A stretch of DNA of 17,500 nucleotides from Bdellovibrionia bacterium (GTDB lineage: Bacteria; Bdellovibrionota; UBA1018). The notes beneath the pieces were generated by a model. That model saw nothing but the letters and a program-made list of their open reading frames with translations, searched no databases and was not told where the DNA came from. Every line of letters begins with the position of its first letter. Position 1 is the first letter of the stretch. The stretch covers positions 1-17,500 of the forward strand of contig JBJMMA010000126.1 of the NCBI GenBank assembly GCA_045805065.1, written 5' to 3'. The translations under genes and the position numbers were made by a program. Positions 1 to 6,855 of the stretch are shown here, piece after piece.

Positions 1-414
1 CCATTGAAGGCTCAAGAAGACTGCGAGCGAAATCACCGCAACCGTCATTCCTCCGAGCGTTCCCCAGAGGCGAACCGAGCCTTCGCGCTTGAAAACTGTC
101 ATCGCCATGAAAAACAATGCGGCTGGAACAATGAATGCTCCGAGACCGAACCATTGAAGAAAAGCTGCGGCGATATAGGACCCTACTTTTCCGCAGGAAT
201 TAGTCGCAGGGCCGACAGCATTGCTGAATGCGGATGGATCAGCCGGATTGTAAGTAAAGAAAGCAACCAGAGTGAAAATACTTGCCGCAAAGAGCAAGAT
301 GCTCACCACTTCAATTCGGAGATTCTTACCCCCCGAAAGCGCTCCCTGAGATGATCCACTGGATGACTTTGACGCGCGCGTTGCGCTGCGTGTATTCCGA
401 AGGGTAGTTTCCAT
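1..414 (-). CDS. ftsK: DNA translocase FtsK, N-terminal membrane (FtsK_4TM) portion; runs off the left edge of the window
   Basis: Not in the ORF track; translated by hand from ATG at 414: METTLRNTRS...IEVVSILLFAASIFTLVAFFTYNPADPSAFSNAVGPATNSCGKVGSYIAAAFLQWFGLGAFIVPAALFF..., open to base 1. The 'Y.P.DPS......N..G..G..iA..l...FG..A..vP' pattern is characteristic of the FtsK 4TM domain. The motor domain lies outside the window. Confidence 0.85.
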   Translation of the reverse strand, partial: METTLRNTRSATRASKSSSGSSQGALSGGKNLRIEVVSILLFAASIFTLVAFFTYNPADPSAFSNAVGPATNSCGKVGSYIAAAFLQWFGLGAFIVPAALFFMAMTVFKREGSVRLWGTLGGMTVAVISLAVFLSLQW

Positions 415-437
415 ATCAATATGTTACATGTGTAAAT

Positions 438-1370
438 ATGGGTCCGAAAAGTCACAAAAAGATCTTGGCTTACGATTTAGGCGGCACAAAAGTCCTAGTG
501 GGCGTGGTCACTCACCAAGGCAAGGTTTTGGAAGACCTGAGAGTCCCCATCGCCGCCGAAAAAGGAAGGACCGCGGTGGTGAAACAGCTTGCTGACCTGG
601 GCAAGGCCTTTTTGGAGAAGCATCCTGACATCAAAAAAATCGGAATCTCTTCCGCAGGGCCACTGGACCCGAAAACTGGCACCCTACTCGACCCAACCAA
701 CATGGGAAAGCTCGGGCAATTTCCTCTAGCCAAGCTTTTGAGCGCAAAGCTGAAGCTTCCTGTCGCCATTGAAAACGATGCGGCAGCGGCGATCCTGGCT
801 GAACACTGGAAAGGCAAAGCGAAAGGCGTCAAAAACGCCATGATTTTGACTCTTGGGACAGGCGTTGGAACAGGCATCATCGCCAATGGTGAACTGGTTC
901 GCGCCGGTAGGCATCTGCATACCGAGGCAAGCCACATCATCATTCGCCAGGGCGACAAAAGCGCTCCTTGTGGCTGTGGCAATCTGGGTTGCACGGAAGC
1001 TTTTCTCTCAGGACGAAGCTTTGCCCGGCGCAATCGCATCCGCTTTGCGCGACCTGAGATGACGGCGCAAGATATTGCGGAGCTCGCTCGTCAGGGTGAT
1101 CCGCGCGCGCTTGCCGCCTTTGAAGAATACGCTGAGCTGATGGCGATCGCTGTACACAACTATTGTGTCATTTACTGCCCTGAGTTGTTCGTGTTTACAG
1201 GGAGCTTTGCCGAGACTGCGGATCTCTTTCTTCCCCAAGTGAGAGAGCACCTGAAAAAGCTTCTGAAGCGTCGCCGGAAAGGCATCGATCTCTATCCAAA
1301 GCTTGTCGTCTCTTCTCTTGAGAACCGAGCTGGGCTCCTCGGTGGAGCGTACGTTGCTCTGAACTACTGA
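438..1370 (+). CDS. ROK family sugar kinase (glucokinase-like)
   Basis: N-terminal DLGGTK phosphate loop, ENDAAAA, LTLGTGVGTGII and Zn-binding CGCGNLGCTE. There is no N-terminal HTH, so it is a kinase rather than a repressor. The usual ExGH reads EASH. Confidence 0.93.
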   Translation: MGPKSHKKILAYDLGGTKVLVGVVTHQGKVLEDLRVPIAAEKGRTAVVKQLADLGKAFLEKHPDIKKIGISSAGPLDPKTGTLLDPTNMGKLGQFPLAKLLSAKLKLPVAIENDAAAAILAEHWKGKAKGVKNAMILTLGTGVGTGIIANGELVRAGRHLHTEASHIIIRQGDKSAPCGCGNLGCTEAFLSGRSFARRNRIRFARPEMTAQDIAELARQGDPRALAAFEEYAELMAIAVHNYCVIYCPELFVFTGSFAETADLFLPQVREHLKKLLKRRRKGIDLYPKLVVSSLENRAGLLGGAYVALNY

Positions 1371-1474
1371 TAGCAGGTTATGAAAGGCCTCGCCGGCCAG
1401 CCGGGGGCTGCAGGACTCAAAACTCATTCAAGAATGAATTCTCAAGAACGAAATTTGAATCCCTCAGCCCTGTC

Positions 1475-1888
1475 ATGACACAAAGCGAACCTTGTTTCTC
1501 GCAAGACCTACAGCGATGCCAAAGCATTATGGTGATCGAAGACGATGAAAGTATTCGTCAAACCATTGCGCTTGCACTTGAGATCAAGGGGTATCAGGTC
1601 ATTTCTGTTTCCGACGGGCAGGAGGCCATTCATATCCTGTCGAAAAGCGAACGACCCTGCTTGATACTTCTCGATTTAATGATGCCTGTGCTTGATGGAT
1701 GGGCATTTCTGGATGAATTGAAAAAGATGCCACGGGAAATCGCAGAGATTCCCATCATCGTTGTGAGCGCGTTTAACGATAGAAGCGGAAAGCTTGATCA
1801 AGACGGTGAATTCATTCCCAAACCGATCGATCTTGAGCAGCTTTTTTACGTAGCGCAAAAGTATTGCAGTGAACGCCGAGCGGCTTAG
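1475..1888 (+). CDS. Single-domain response regulator (CheY-like receiver)
   Basis: IMVIEDD acidic pocket, LILLDLMMP (phospho-Asp), IIVVSA and FIPKPID; no output domain. The start could be slightly downstream. Confidence 0.92.
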   Translation: MTQSEPCFSQDLQRCQSIMVIEDDESIRQTIALALEIKGYQVISVSDGQEAIHILSKSERPCLILLDLMMPVLDGWAFLDELKKMPREIAEIPIIVVSAFNDRSGKLDQDGEFIPKPIDLEQLFYVAQKYCSERRAA

Positions 1889-1973
1889 AAGAAAGGATAC
1901 GTGAACTCCGCCCCCCGGCAAGAATCTTCGAGCCCCCCGCTCTCAGACCCCAAAAGTCCACGTATCACTTTGT
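1889..1973 (-). ncRNA. Candidate small RNA: long terminal stem enclosing two G-loop hairpins
   Basis: 1896-1909 pairs with 1953-1966 (14 bp on the minus strand, with G-U pairs). Inner hairpins GAGC-G5-GCUC and CCG-G5-CGG. A sigma70-like promoter sits just upstream on the minus strand and a pyrimidine tail follows. No family assignment. Confidence 0.5.
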
Positions 1974-1979
1974 GCGAGG

Positions 1980-2008
1980 TTACTAACGTCGCGGACCAAA
2001 TAAGTCAA
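1980..2008 (-). promoter_or_regulatory. Putative sigma70 promoter for the candidate sRNA
   Basis: Minus strand TTGACT (2008-2003), exactly 17 nt, TAGTAA (1985-1980). Predicted start near A at 1973. Confidence 0.5.
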
Positions 2009-2041
2009 CCCGACGCCCCAAAGTAAAATCAACTGAGCGAA

Positions 2042-2650
2042 TTAAAATTCGAACTGGGCTCCAAGCACAACCAGTTCATGACTCACTTCGCCACGAACAT
2101 TGAAATCAGCAAAAATCTTCCACAGCGCTCCCGCGCCAAACCGTGGATAAAACTCAAACTTATCGCCTAACTTCTGCCCCGTAACTGAGCCGCCAAAGCC
2201 ACCCAATGCATAGAAAGTCCAATCTTCATTGCGAACAAAGTCCCAGCGAAGATGTCCACTAAACTGGAAAGCAGCGGAACCTTTGGCGAACACAGGACCG
2301 AGCTCGGTTTCGATCCAAACGCTATTGTTAATGTCCGGAACAAAACCCTGGTCGAGGATCTTTCTCGCAGCAGCTCCCATAATCGCAAATCCAGGCGTTG
2401 CGTTCACGATTCCAAGACCCGTCAAGGCAGAGAAGGCCCACTCTGAAGCTTCAGGCTTCCCTTTCCAATCTTCTGAGGAAGAGACCGCAGTCCCTCCTGC
2501 AGGAGCAGACTGAATCACTTGCGGCGACGAGGACGCCGTCTTGTTGGCGGCTTGCGCGCCGACAGAAGAAAATACGAGAGCCAACATCATTAAAAAATGG
2601 AAAAAATGGAACAAATGAAGGGAATGGAGCGAGAGGAGTTGTTTTTTCAT
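2042..2650 (-). CDS. Secreted/outer-membrane beta-barrel protein (small, porin/OmpW-like architecture)
   Basis: Preferred start ATG 2650 with AAGGA upstream. Signal peptide ends in ...VGAQA, followed by a Ser/Ala linker, alternating amphipathic strands and a C-terminal GAQFEF (terminal Phe, BAM-type signal). Confidence 0.7.
   Translation of the reverse strand: MKKQLLSLHSLHLFHFFHFLMMLALVFSSVGAQAANKTASSSPQVIQSAPAGGTAVSSSEDWKGKPEASEWAFSALTGLGIVNATPGFAIMGAAARKILDQGFVPDINNSVWIETELGPVFAKGSAAFQFSGHLRWDFVRNEDWTFYALGGFGGSVTGQKLGDKFEFYPRFGAGALWKIFADFNVRGEVSHELVVLGAQFEF
2592..2627. repeat. Four degenerate 9-bp tandem units inside the signal-peptide coding region
   Basis: aaaaaatgg/aaaaaatgg/aacaaatga/agggaatgg on the + strand, encoding His every third residue (LHSLHLFHFFHF). 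Confidence 0.6.
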
Positions 2651-2706
2651 GCCTTGGTTCCTTTTAATCTCGGGCCGGCTCGCGCCCGCCCTGGTCATGA
2701 TCAAAT

Positions 2707-3339
2707 TTAACCGATCTGCTCAAAACGATCGAGTAAGTTTTTAATCATAGCTCCGGTTGCGCCCCAGATTCTCCGACCATCAACTGTGTAGACGTGAGTT
2801 GGAAACTGAATGTCGCCGCGACGAATCATTTCTTTCTGATAAGTCGATGCGTGAGTGAGGACGGACCAGGGAACCCAGATCGCCTCAGCGACTTCATCTG
2901 GAGCGGGAATTAAGACAACCTCTTCTAAAGGAGCTTCCAGGATCCCCACAAAAGGCGTGACCTTGTAGTTGGTCACAGTAATGAGCTCGGGAAGCGCGCC
3001 TACGACTCGAACCAGATGACGCGAGAGCCCAACTTCTTCTTCGGTTTCGCGCAACGCGGTTAAAGCCAGATTGTCTTGAGCAAGCTCTTCGGGCTCGGCT
3101 CGCCCTCCCGGAAAGGCCATTTGTCCTTGATGACTTTGAAGGGTATCGGTTCGACGAGTCACCAGAAGAGAAAGCCCTGTTGGATTTCCTTCTTCGGCCT
3201 GCGCCCGCCTTGCAAAAACGGCAAGGACCGCTGCCGTATTTTCAGGCTCTCTCAACAGACGCTCCGAATACGGGAGATCCAGGCTCAAGGCCTGCTTGAG
3301 TCGAGCTTCAAACTCCGATGGAAATTCAAACGAAGACAT
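2707..3339 (-). CDS. Nudix hydrolase, CoA pyrophosphatase (NudL/PCD1-like)
   Basis: LLVTRR...SHQGQMAFPGG (UPF0035 motif), Nudix box ...ALRETEEEVGL and C-terminal IWGATG. Start moved to ATG 3339 (GAGAGGG upstream), just after the upstream stop at 3347. Confidence 0.9.
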   Translation of the reverse strand: MSSFEFPSEFEARLKQALSLDLPYSERLLREPENTAAVLAVFARRAQAEEGNPTGLSLLVTRRTDTLQSHQGQMAFPGGRAEPEELAQDNLALTALRETEEEVGLSRHLVRVVGALPELITVTNYKVTPFVGILEAPLEEVVLIPAPDEVAEAIWVPWSVLTHASTYQKEMIRRGDIQFPTHVYTVDGRRIWGATGAMIKNLLDRFEQIG

Positions 3340-3346
3340 TGCCCTC

Positions 3347-4717
3347 TCACTTCCCTCGAAGATCAATTCCATACTTCTGGGCTTTTCGGTAAAGAGTTGC
3401 GCGATCGATCCCCAGAATTTCTGACGCCTTGGACTTGTTGTAATGAACATCCTGGAGAACTTTCAGGATATGCGCGCGCTCCATTTCTTCCAATGAGCTG
3501 ATCGCTCCTTTGGCCTCGCCCTGCTCAGGAGCCGCAGACTGTTGGGTTACAGGAGCCGCCTCGGATGGCGCAACGTCGGCAGATGCCGTGTCCGCGCGAG
3601 TCAGCTCAGGCGGCAGATCCTCGATAAAGAGAATCGTGGAATTAGTCAGTGCCACGGCACGCTCAATCGCATGCTCAAGCTCTCTGACATTGCCCGGCCA
3701 GGAGTAGCCTTTCAAAATGGCCATCGCATCTTCAGAAACGTGAGAGACGGCCTTTTTATTTTTGGCGGCGTAATAAGCCAGAAAGTAATCAATCAGATCG
3801 GGCAGATCTTCCAAGCGTTCGCGAAGTGGCGGAAGCTCAATGGAAATGACTTTCAAACGATAATAGAGATCTTCTCTGAATCTTCCAGCTTTCACCAGCG
3901 CTTCAAGATCTCTTTGAGTCGCCGCGATCACGCGAATGTCCGCGCGCTTCACTTCGGATGCGCCAGAGGGTTTGAATTCCCCATCCTGAAGCACTCGCAA
4001 AAGCTTAGTCTGGTGCGCCATCGGAAGATCGGCCACTTCGTCCAGAAACAAAGTGCCTTTATTGGCGTCTTCAAAAATCTCGGATTCAAACTGAGCTTCA
4101 GGGATTGTGCTGCAGCTGACGGGCACGAAATACTTCGCGCGGCGGGGGCTGTTCTCATGAATGGCACGAGCCACCATCTGCTTGCCGGTACCGCTCTCGC
4201 CGATCACCAGGACATTGCTGGACGACATCGCAGCGCGCGCCAGCGTTTTATAAACTTCAACGATTCTGGGCGATTTTCCAATCAAGCCACGCGCGCTTGG
4301 ATCGAGCTTCACCCCACTTGCAGCCCCTGCTTTCAAGCCTGAGGCTTCATGAATGGATTCCCAATGCTTTACTGCACGTGCGACAATGGCTTTCAGCTCA
4401 TCCATCCTGAAAGGCTTGCTGACATAGTCAAACGCGCCTTCCTGGATTGCTTTGATCGCGCCTTCCATGCTTCCAAAGCCTGTCATCAGAATGACCACCG
4501 AGCCTACGTTCGCTTTTTTGACTTCACGCAGAACCGCCATGCCGTCCATCTCGAGCATGCGAATGTCTGAAATCACGATCGGAAATTTCTGCTGACGATA
4601 AAGCTTCACCGCATCTTCGCCACTCGCTGCAAGCCAAACCGAGTAGCCGCTCTTCTCCAGAACTTCTTTGAGCAACTGACGCGTGACTTCGTGATCATCA
4701 ACAACGAGGATATTCAT
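3347..4717 (-). CDS. NtrC/AtoC-family response regulator (receiver - AAA+ - Fis HTH) lacking the GAFTGA loop
   Basis: MNILVVDD receiver with SDIRM and KPF, Walker A GESGTGK, Walker B LFLDEV, FREDLYYRL, WPGNVREL and C-terminal ASEILGIDRATLYRK HTH. Start set at ATG 4717. Confidence 0.93.
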   Translation of the reverse strand: MNILVVDDHEVTRQLLKEVLEKSGYSVWLAASGEDAVKLYRQQKFPIVISDIRMLEMDGMAVLREVKKANVGSVVILMTGFGSMEGAIKAIQEGAFDYVSKPFRMDELKAIVARAVKHWESIHEASGLKAGAASGVKLDPSARGLIGKSPRIVEVYKTLARAAMSSSNVLVIGESGTGKQMVARAIHENSPRRAKYFVPVSCSTIPEAQFESEIFEDANKGTLFLDEVADLPMAHQTKLLRVLQDGEFKPSGASEVKRADIRVIAATQRDLEALVKAGRFREDLYYRLKVISIELPPLRERLEDLPDLIDYFLAYYAAKNKKAVSHVSEDAMAILKGYSWPGNVRELEHAIERAVALTNSTILFIEDLPPELTRADTASADVAPSEAAPVTQQSAAPEQGEAKGAISSLEEMERAHILKVLQDVHYNKSKASEILGIDRATLYRKAQKYGIDLRGK

Positions 4718-4728
4718 AGTAATTTTGG

Positions 4729-6180
4729 CTAAGCTTCTCGATACGGTAGCTTGATTGTTACCCGGGTCCAAGCCCCTTCTTTGGAATCAAGCGCAAGCTC
4801 CCCTCCGTATTTAGTAACCAACTGCTGGCAGATCGTCAGCCCCAGACCTGTGCCTTCTCCGGGTCGCTTTGTCGTATAAAACGGCTTCAAGACTCGGTCC
4901 AAATCCGTTTTCCGAATCCCCTCACCTGTATCATAAACCACGATCTCAGCCCACTCCCTGCCACTATTCATGACATGGCGTGACTCAACTTCAATGAAGG
5001 GCTTGCCTGCACGGCGATCCATCCCTGTCTTTGCCTTTAAGCTATCCAGAGAATTGTTCAAAAGATTCAAAAGCACTTGCTCAAGCTCAATCGGAACCAC
5101 ACGGATCGGACCAATTCCTCGGTCCAGCTCGGATTTGACCTGAACCCCCAAAGATTCGATTCGCGGACGCAGAATCCCGAGAGCCCGGTTGATCATCTGA
5201 TTGATATCGACAAGCTGACGCTGGGATTGAGGCTTGGCGGTGCTTTGAAGAAAACTCTTCACGATCTCTTCGATCTTTGAGAGCTGGCCCTGGATGATGG
5301 AGAAGCGCTCAGGTGAGCCATGAACGCCTACTTCTTCTTCAAGGAGCTGCAAGTGCCCGCCCACTGCATTGAGGGGCGTTCCGATCTCGTGAGCAAAGCT
5401 TGCCGTAAGCTGCCCCATGACGGCGAGCTTTTCCGAGTTCATGACCTGGCGCTGAGCCTCGTGCAATTGCTCAACGAGCTGAACGTTCTGCATCTCGGCT
5501 TCGCGAAGCTTGCGATCGTTCTCAATGGTTCGACGCAAAAAATAGTTCAGCGCAAGAATCAAGGTCACGATACTGAAGAGCGCTGCGGTTGCGGTCGTGC
5601 GCCAGAGAGTGTCCGCAATCCAATCCACCACCTTGAGCGACACCCAGGTCCGCACGGATCCCAGGACACGACGCGGGCCGCGCGGGTCGCGTGACTTCAC
5701 TTCAATCGGCACCCGGACATCCCAGTAAGCGTTTCCATTTTCATCAATGCGGTAATCACTGGTCACTGTATCCACGATGGGAAAAGCAGGAGGCTGGCCA
5801 CCGCCCTCTTCTTCAATATTGGAGGCTACCAATTGAGCGTCACCTGTGACCGGATCCTTCAGCACGACATCGATTCTGAAGATATGAGGCTGTGAGTAGA
5901 CCATCTCTTGAAGACGGCTTTCAATCAGCTTGGGAGTGTCCTGGCGGTTCAACAGCCGGGAGCTGATGATTTCTGATGCGAGAGCTTTGCCAGCATTGGT
6001 CCCTACTGTGCGAATATCATCTTCCAGGATCGGTTTAGTCAGCTTGTTCTGACCCAATGTGACGATCAGAAAGGTTGGGATGATGATCGCGATCAGGATC
6101 AGGATGATCCGAGTCTGCAGATTATTAATGGACTCCAAGGAGCGGAAGGACTGCTTAGGCCATCCTTTTAGACTGCGCAT
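4729..6180 (-). CDS. Membrane sensor histidine kinase, likely cognate of the adjacent regulator
   Basis: Two TM helices flank a periplasmic region. H-box FAHEIGTPLN, N-box QVLLNLLNNS, G-boxes DTGEG and GTGLGL, F-box PFYTTK. Confidence 0.94.
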   Translation of the reverse strand: MRSLKGWPKQSFRSLESINNLQTRIILILIAIIIPTFLIVTLGQNKLTKPILEDDIRTVGTNAGKALASEIISSRLLNRQDTPKLIESRLQEMVYSQPHIFRIDVVLKDPVTGDAQLVASNIEEEGGGQPPAFPIVDTVTSDYRIDENGNAYWDVRVPIEVKSRDPRGPRRVLGSVRTWVSLKVVDWIADTLWRTTATAALFSIVTLILALNYFLRRTIENDRKLREAEMQNVQLVEQLHEAQRQVMNSEKLAVMGQLTASFAHEIGTPLNAVGGHLQLLEEEVGVHGSPERFSIIQGQLSKIEEIVKSFLQSTAKPQSQRQLVDINQMINRALGILRPRIESLGVQVKSELDRGIGPIRVVPIELEQVLLNLLNNSLDSLKAKTGMDRRAGKPFIEVESRHVMNSGREWAEIVVYDTGEGIRKTDLDRVLKPFYTTKRPGEGTGLGLTICQQLVTKYGGELALDSKEGAWTRVTIKLPYREA

Positions 6181-6233
6181 GTGCTGGACGATAACACTTT
6201 TAGACAGGGATGGCGAGATGAGAGGAACCGGGC

Positions 6234-6261
6234 GGGCCAGGGCTTTTGAGTTCCCTGGCCC
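6234..6261 (-). terminator. GC-rich hairpin downstream of the Lys-rich gene (terminator or 3' stabilising stem)
   Basis: Perfect 9-bp inverted repeat GGGCCAGGG (6234-6242)/CCCTGGCCC (6253-6261) with a 10-nt loop; no clear U-tract. Confidence 0.5.
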
Positions 6262-6288
6262 TCACTCGGCATAGGAAGGACTGGAAAC

Positions 6289-6708
6289 TTATTGGTTCAT
6301 CGAAGAAGTGCCGTTGCCAAAGTCATCGACTGGCGTTGCAGCTGGAGCATGCTTCTTCTTTTTAGAGCGCTTTTTCTTATGGGAGACCTTCTTGGCCTTC
6401 TTTCCTGCTTTGCCCTTTTTGGCCTTCTTCTTTTTCTTCTTCTTATACTTCTTCACCGTCGTATCTGAAGAAGAGGTCTCGGCTGCCGAGGTCGTCAAAA
6501 CCGAGTCCATGCCATTCGAGTTATTTTGAGCCGAAGCTGGCGCAGATTGAGCTGGAACAGCCTGTGCTGCCGGAGCATTCGATGCAGAAGCCGGAACGGC
6601 AACTGCAGCTGGAGTCGTGGCAGACATCTCACCTGCCATGACGACAGAGGACACTGCAAAAGCGGCAACCATGAGGGATGCCAAGGATTTTTTGATAGAA
6701 TAGGTCAT
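6289..6708 (-). CDS. Small secreted, low-complexity Lys-rich protein
   Basis: Start ATG 6708 (GGGGA upstream). Signal peptide MTYSIKKSLASLMVAAFAVSSVVMA, an Ala/Pro/Ser-rich disordered body, then the tract KKYKKKKKKKAKKGKAGKKAKKVSHKKKRSKKKKH. Confidence 0.8.
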   Translation of the reverse strand: MTYSIKKSLASLMVAAFAVSSVVMAGEMSATTPAAVAVPASASNAPAAQAVPAQSAPASAQNNSNGMDSVLTTSAAETSSSDTTVKKYKKKKKKKAKKGKAGKKAKKVSHKKKRSKKKKHAPAATPVDDFGNGTSSMNQ

Positions 6709-6776
6709 TCGATTCCCCACAAATTCGAAGTTAAAATGGATGCTTTTCAGTTTGGGGCAGACCCCCTGAATTCGCA

Positions 6777-6793
6777 AGCAGGAATGATCCCAG
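6777..6793 (-). promoter_or_regulatory. Possible sigma54 (-24/-12) promoter upstream of the Lys-rich gene
   Basis: Minus strand CTGGGATCATTCCTGCT has the GG-N10-GC spacing and matches consensus YTGGCACGNNNNTTGCW at CTGG.A and TGCT. Confidence 0.35.
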
Positions 6794-6855
6794 AAAGTGG
6801 ACTCAGAAGTAGTCCTTGTCCGGCGCTTCCCGGTCCTTTATATATCGGCCTCCTC

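Noticed and set aside
4..354. 116-aa + strand ORF from the track
   Set aside because: It is the antisense shadow of the ftsK N-terminus on the minus strand and has no recognisable motifs.
3542..4342. 266-aa + strand ORF and the many other 60-175 aa ORFs nested in real genes
   Set aside because: They lie antisense or out of frame within clearly identified genes and show shadow-ORF composition.
6350..6455. TTC/TTT-rich microsatellite-like tract
   Set aside because: Explained by Lys codons of the minus-strand protein.
6842..6849. GCCGATAT on the minus strand as a sigma28 -10 box
   Set aside because: No acceptable -35 element at 11-nt spacing (AAGAAGTG).
6526..6855. 110-aa upstream extension of the EpmA ORF
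   Set aside because: It overlaps the opposite-strand Lys-rich gene and its promoter region; ATG 6856 is the more plausible start.
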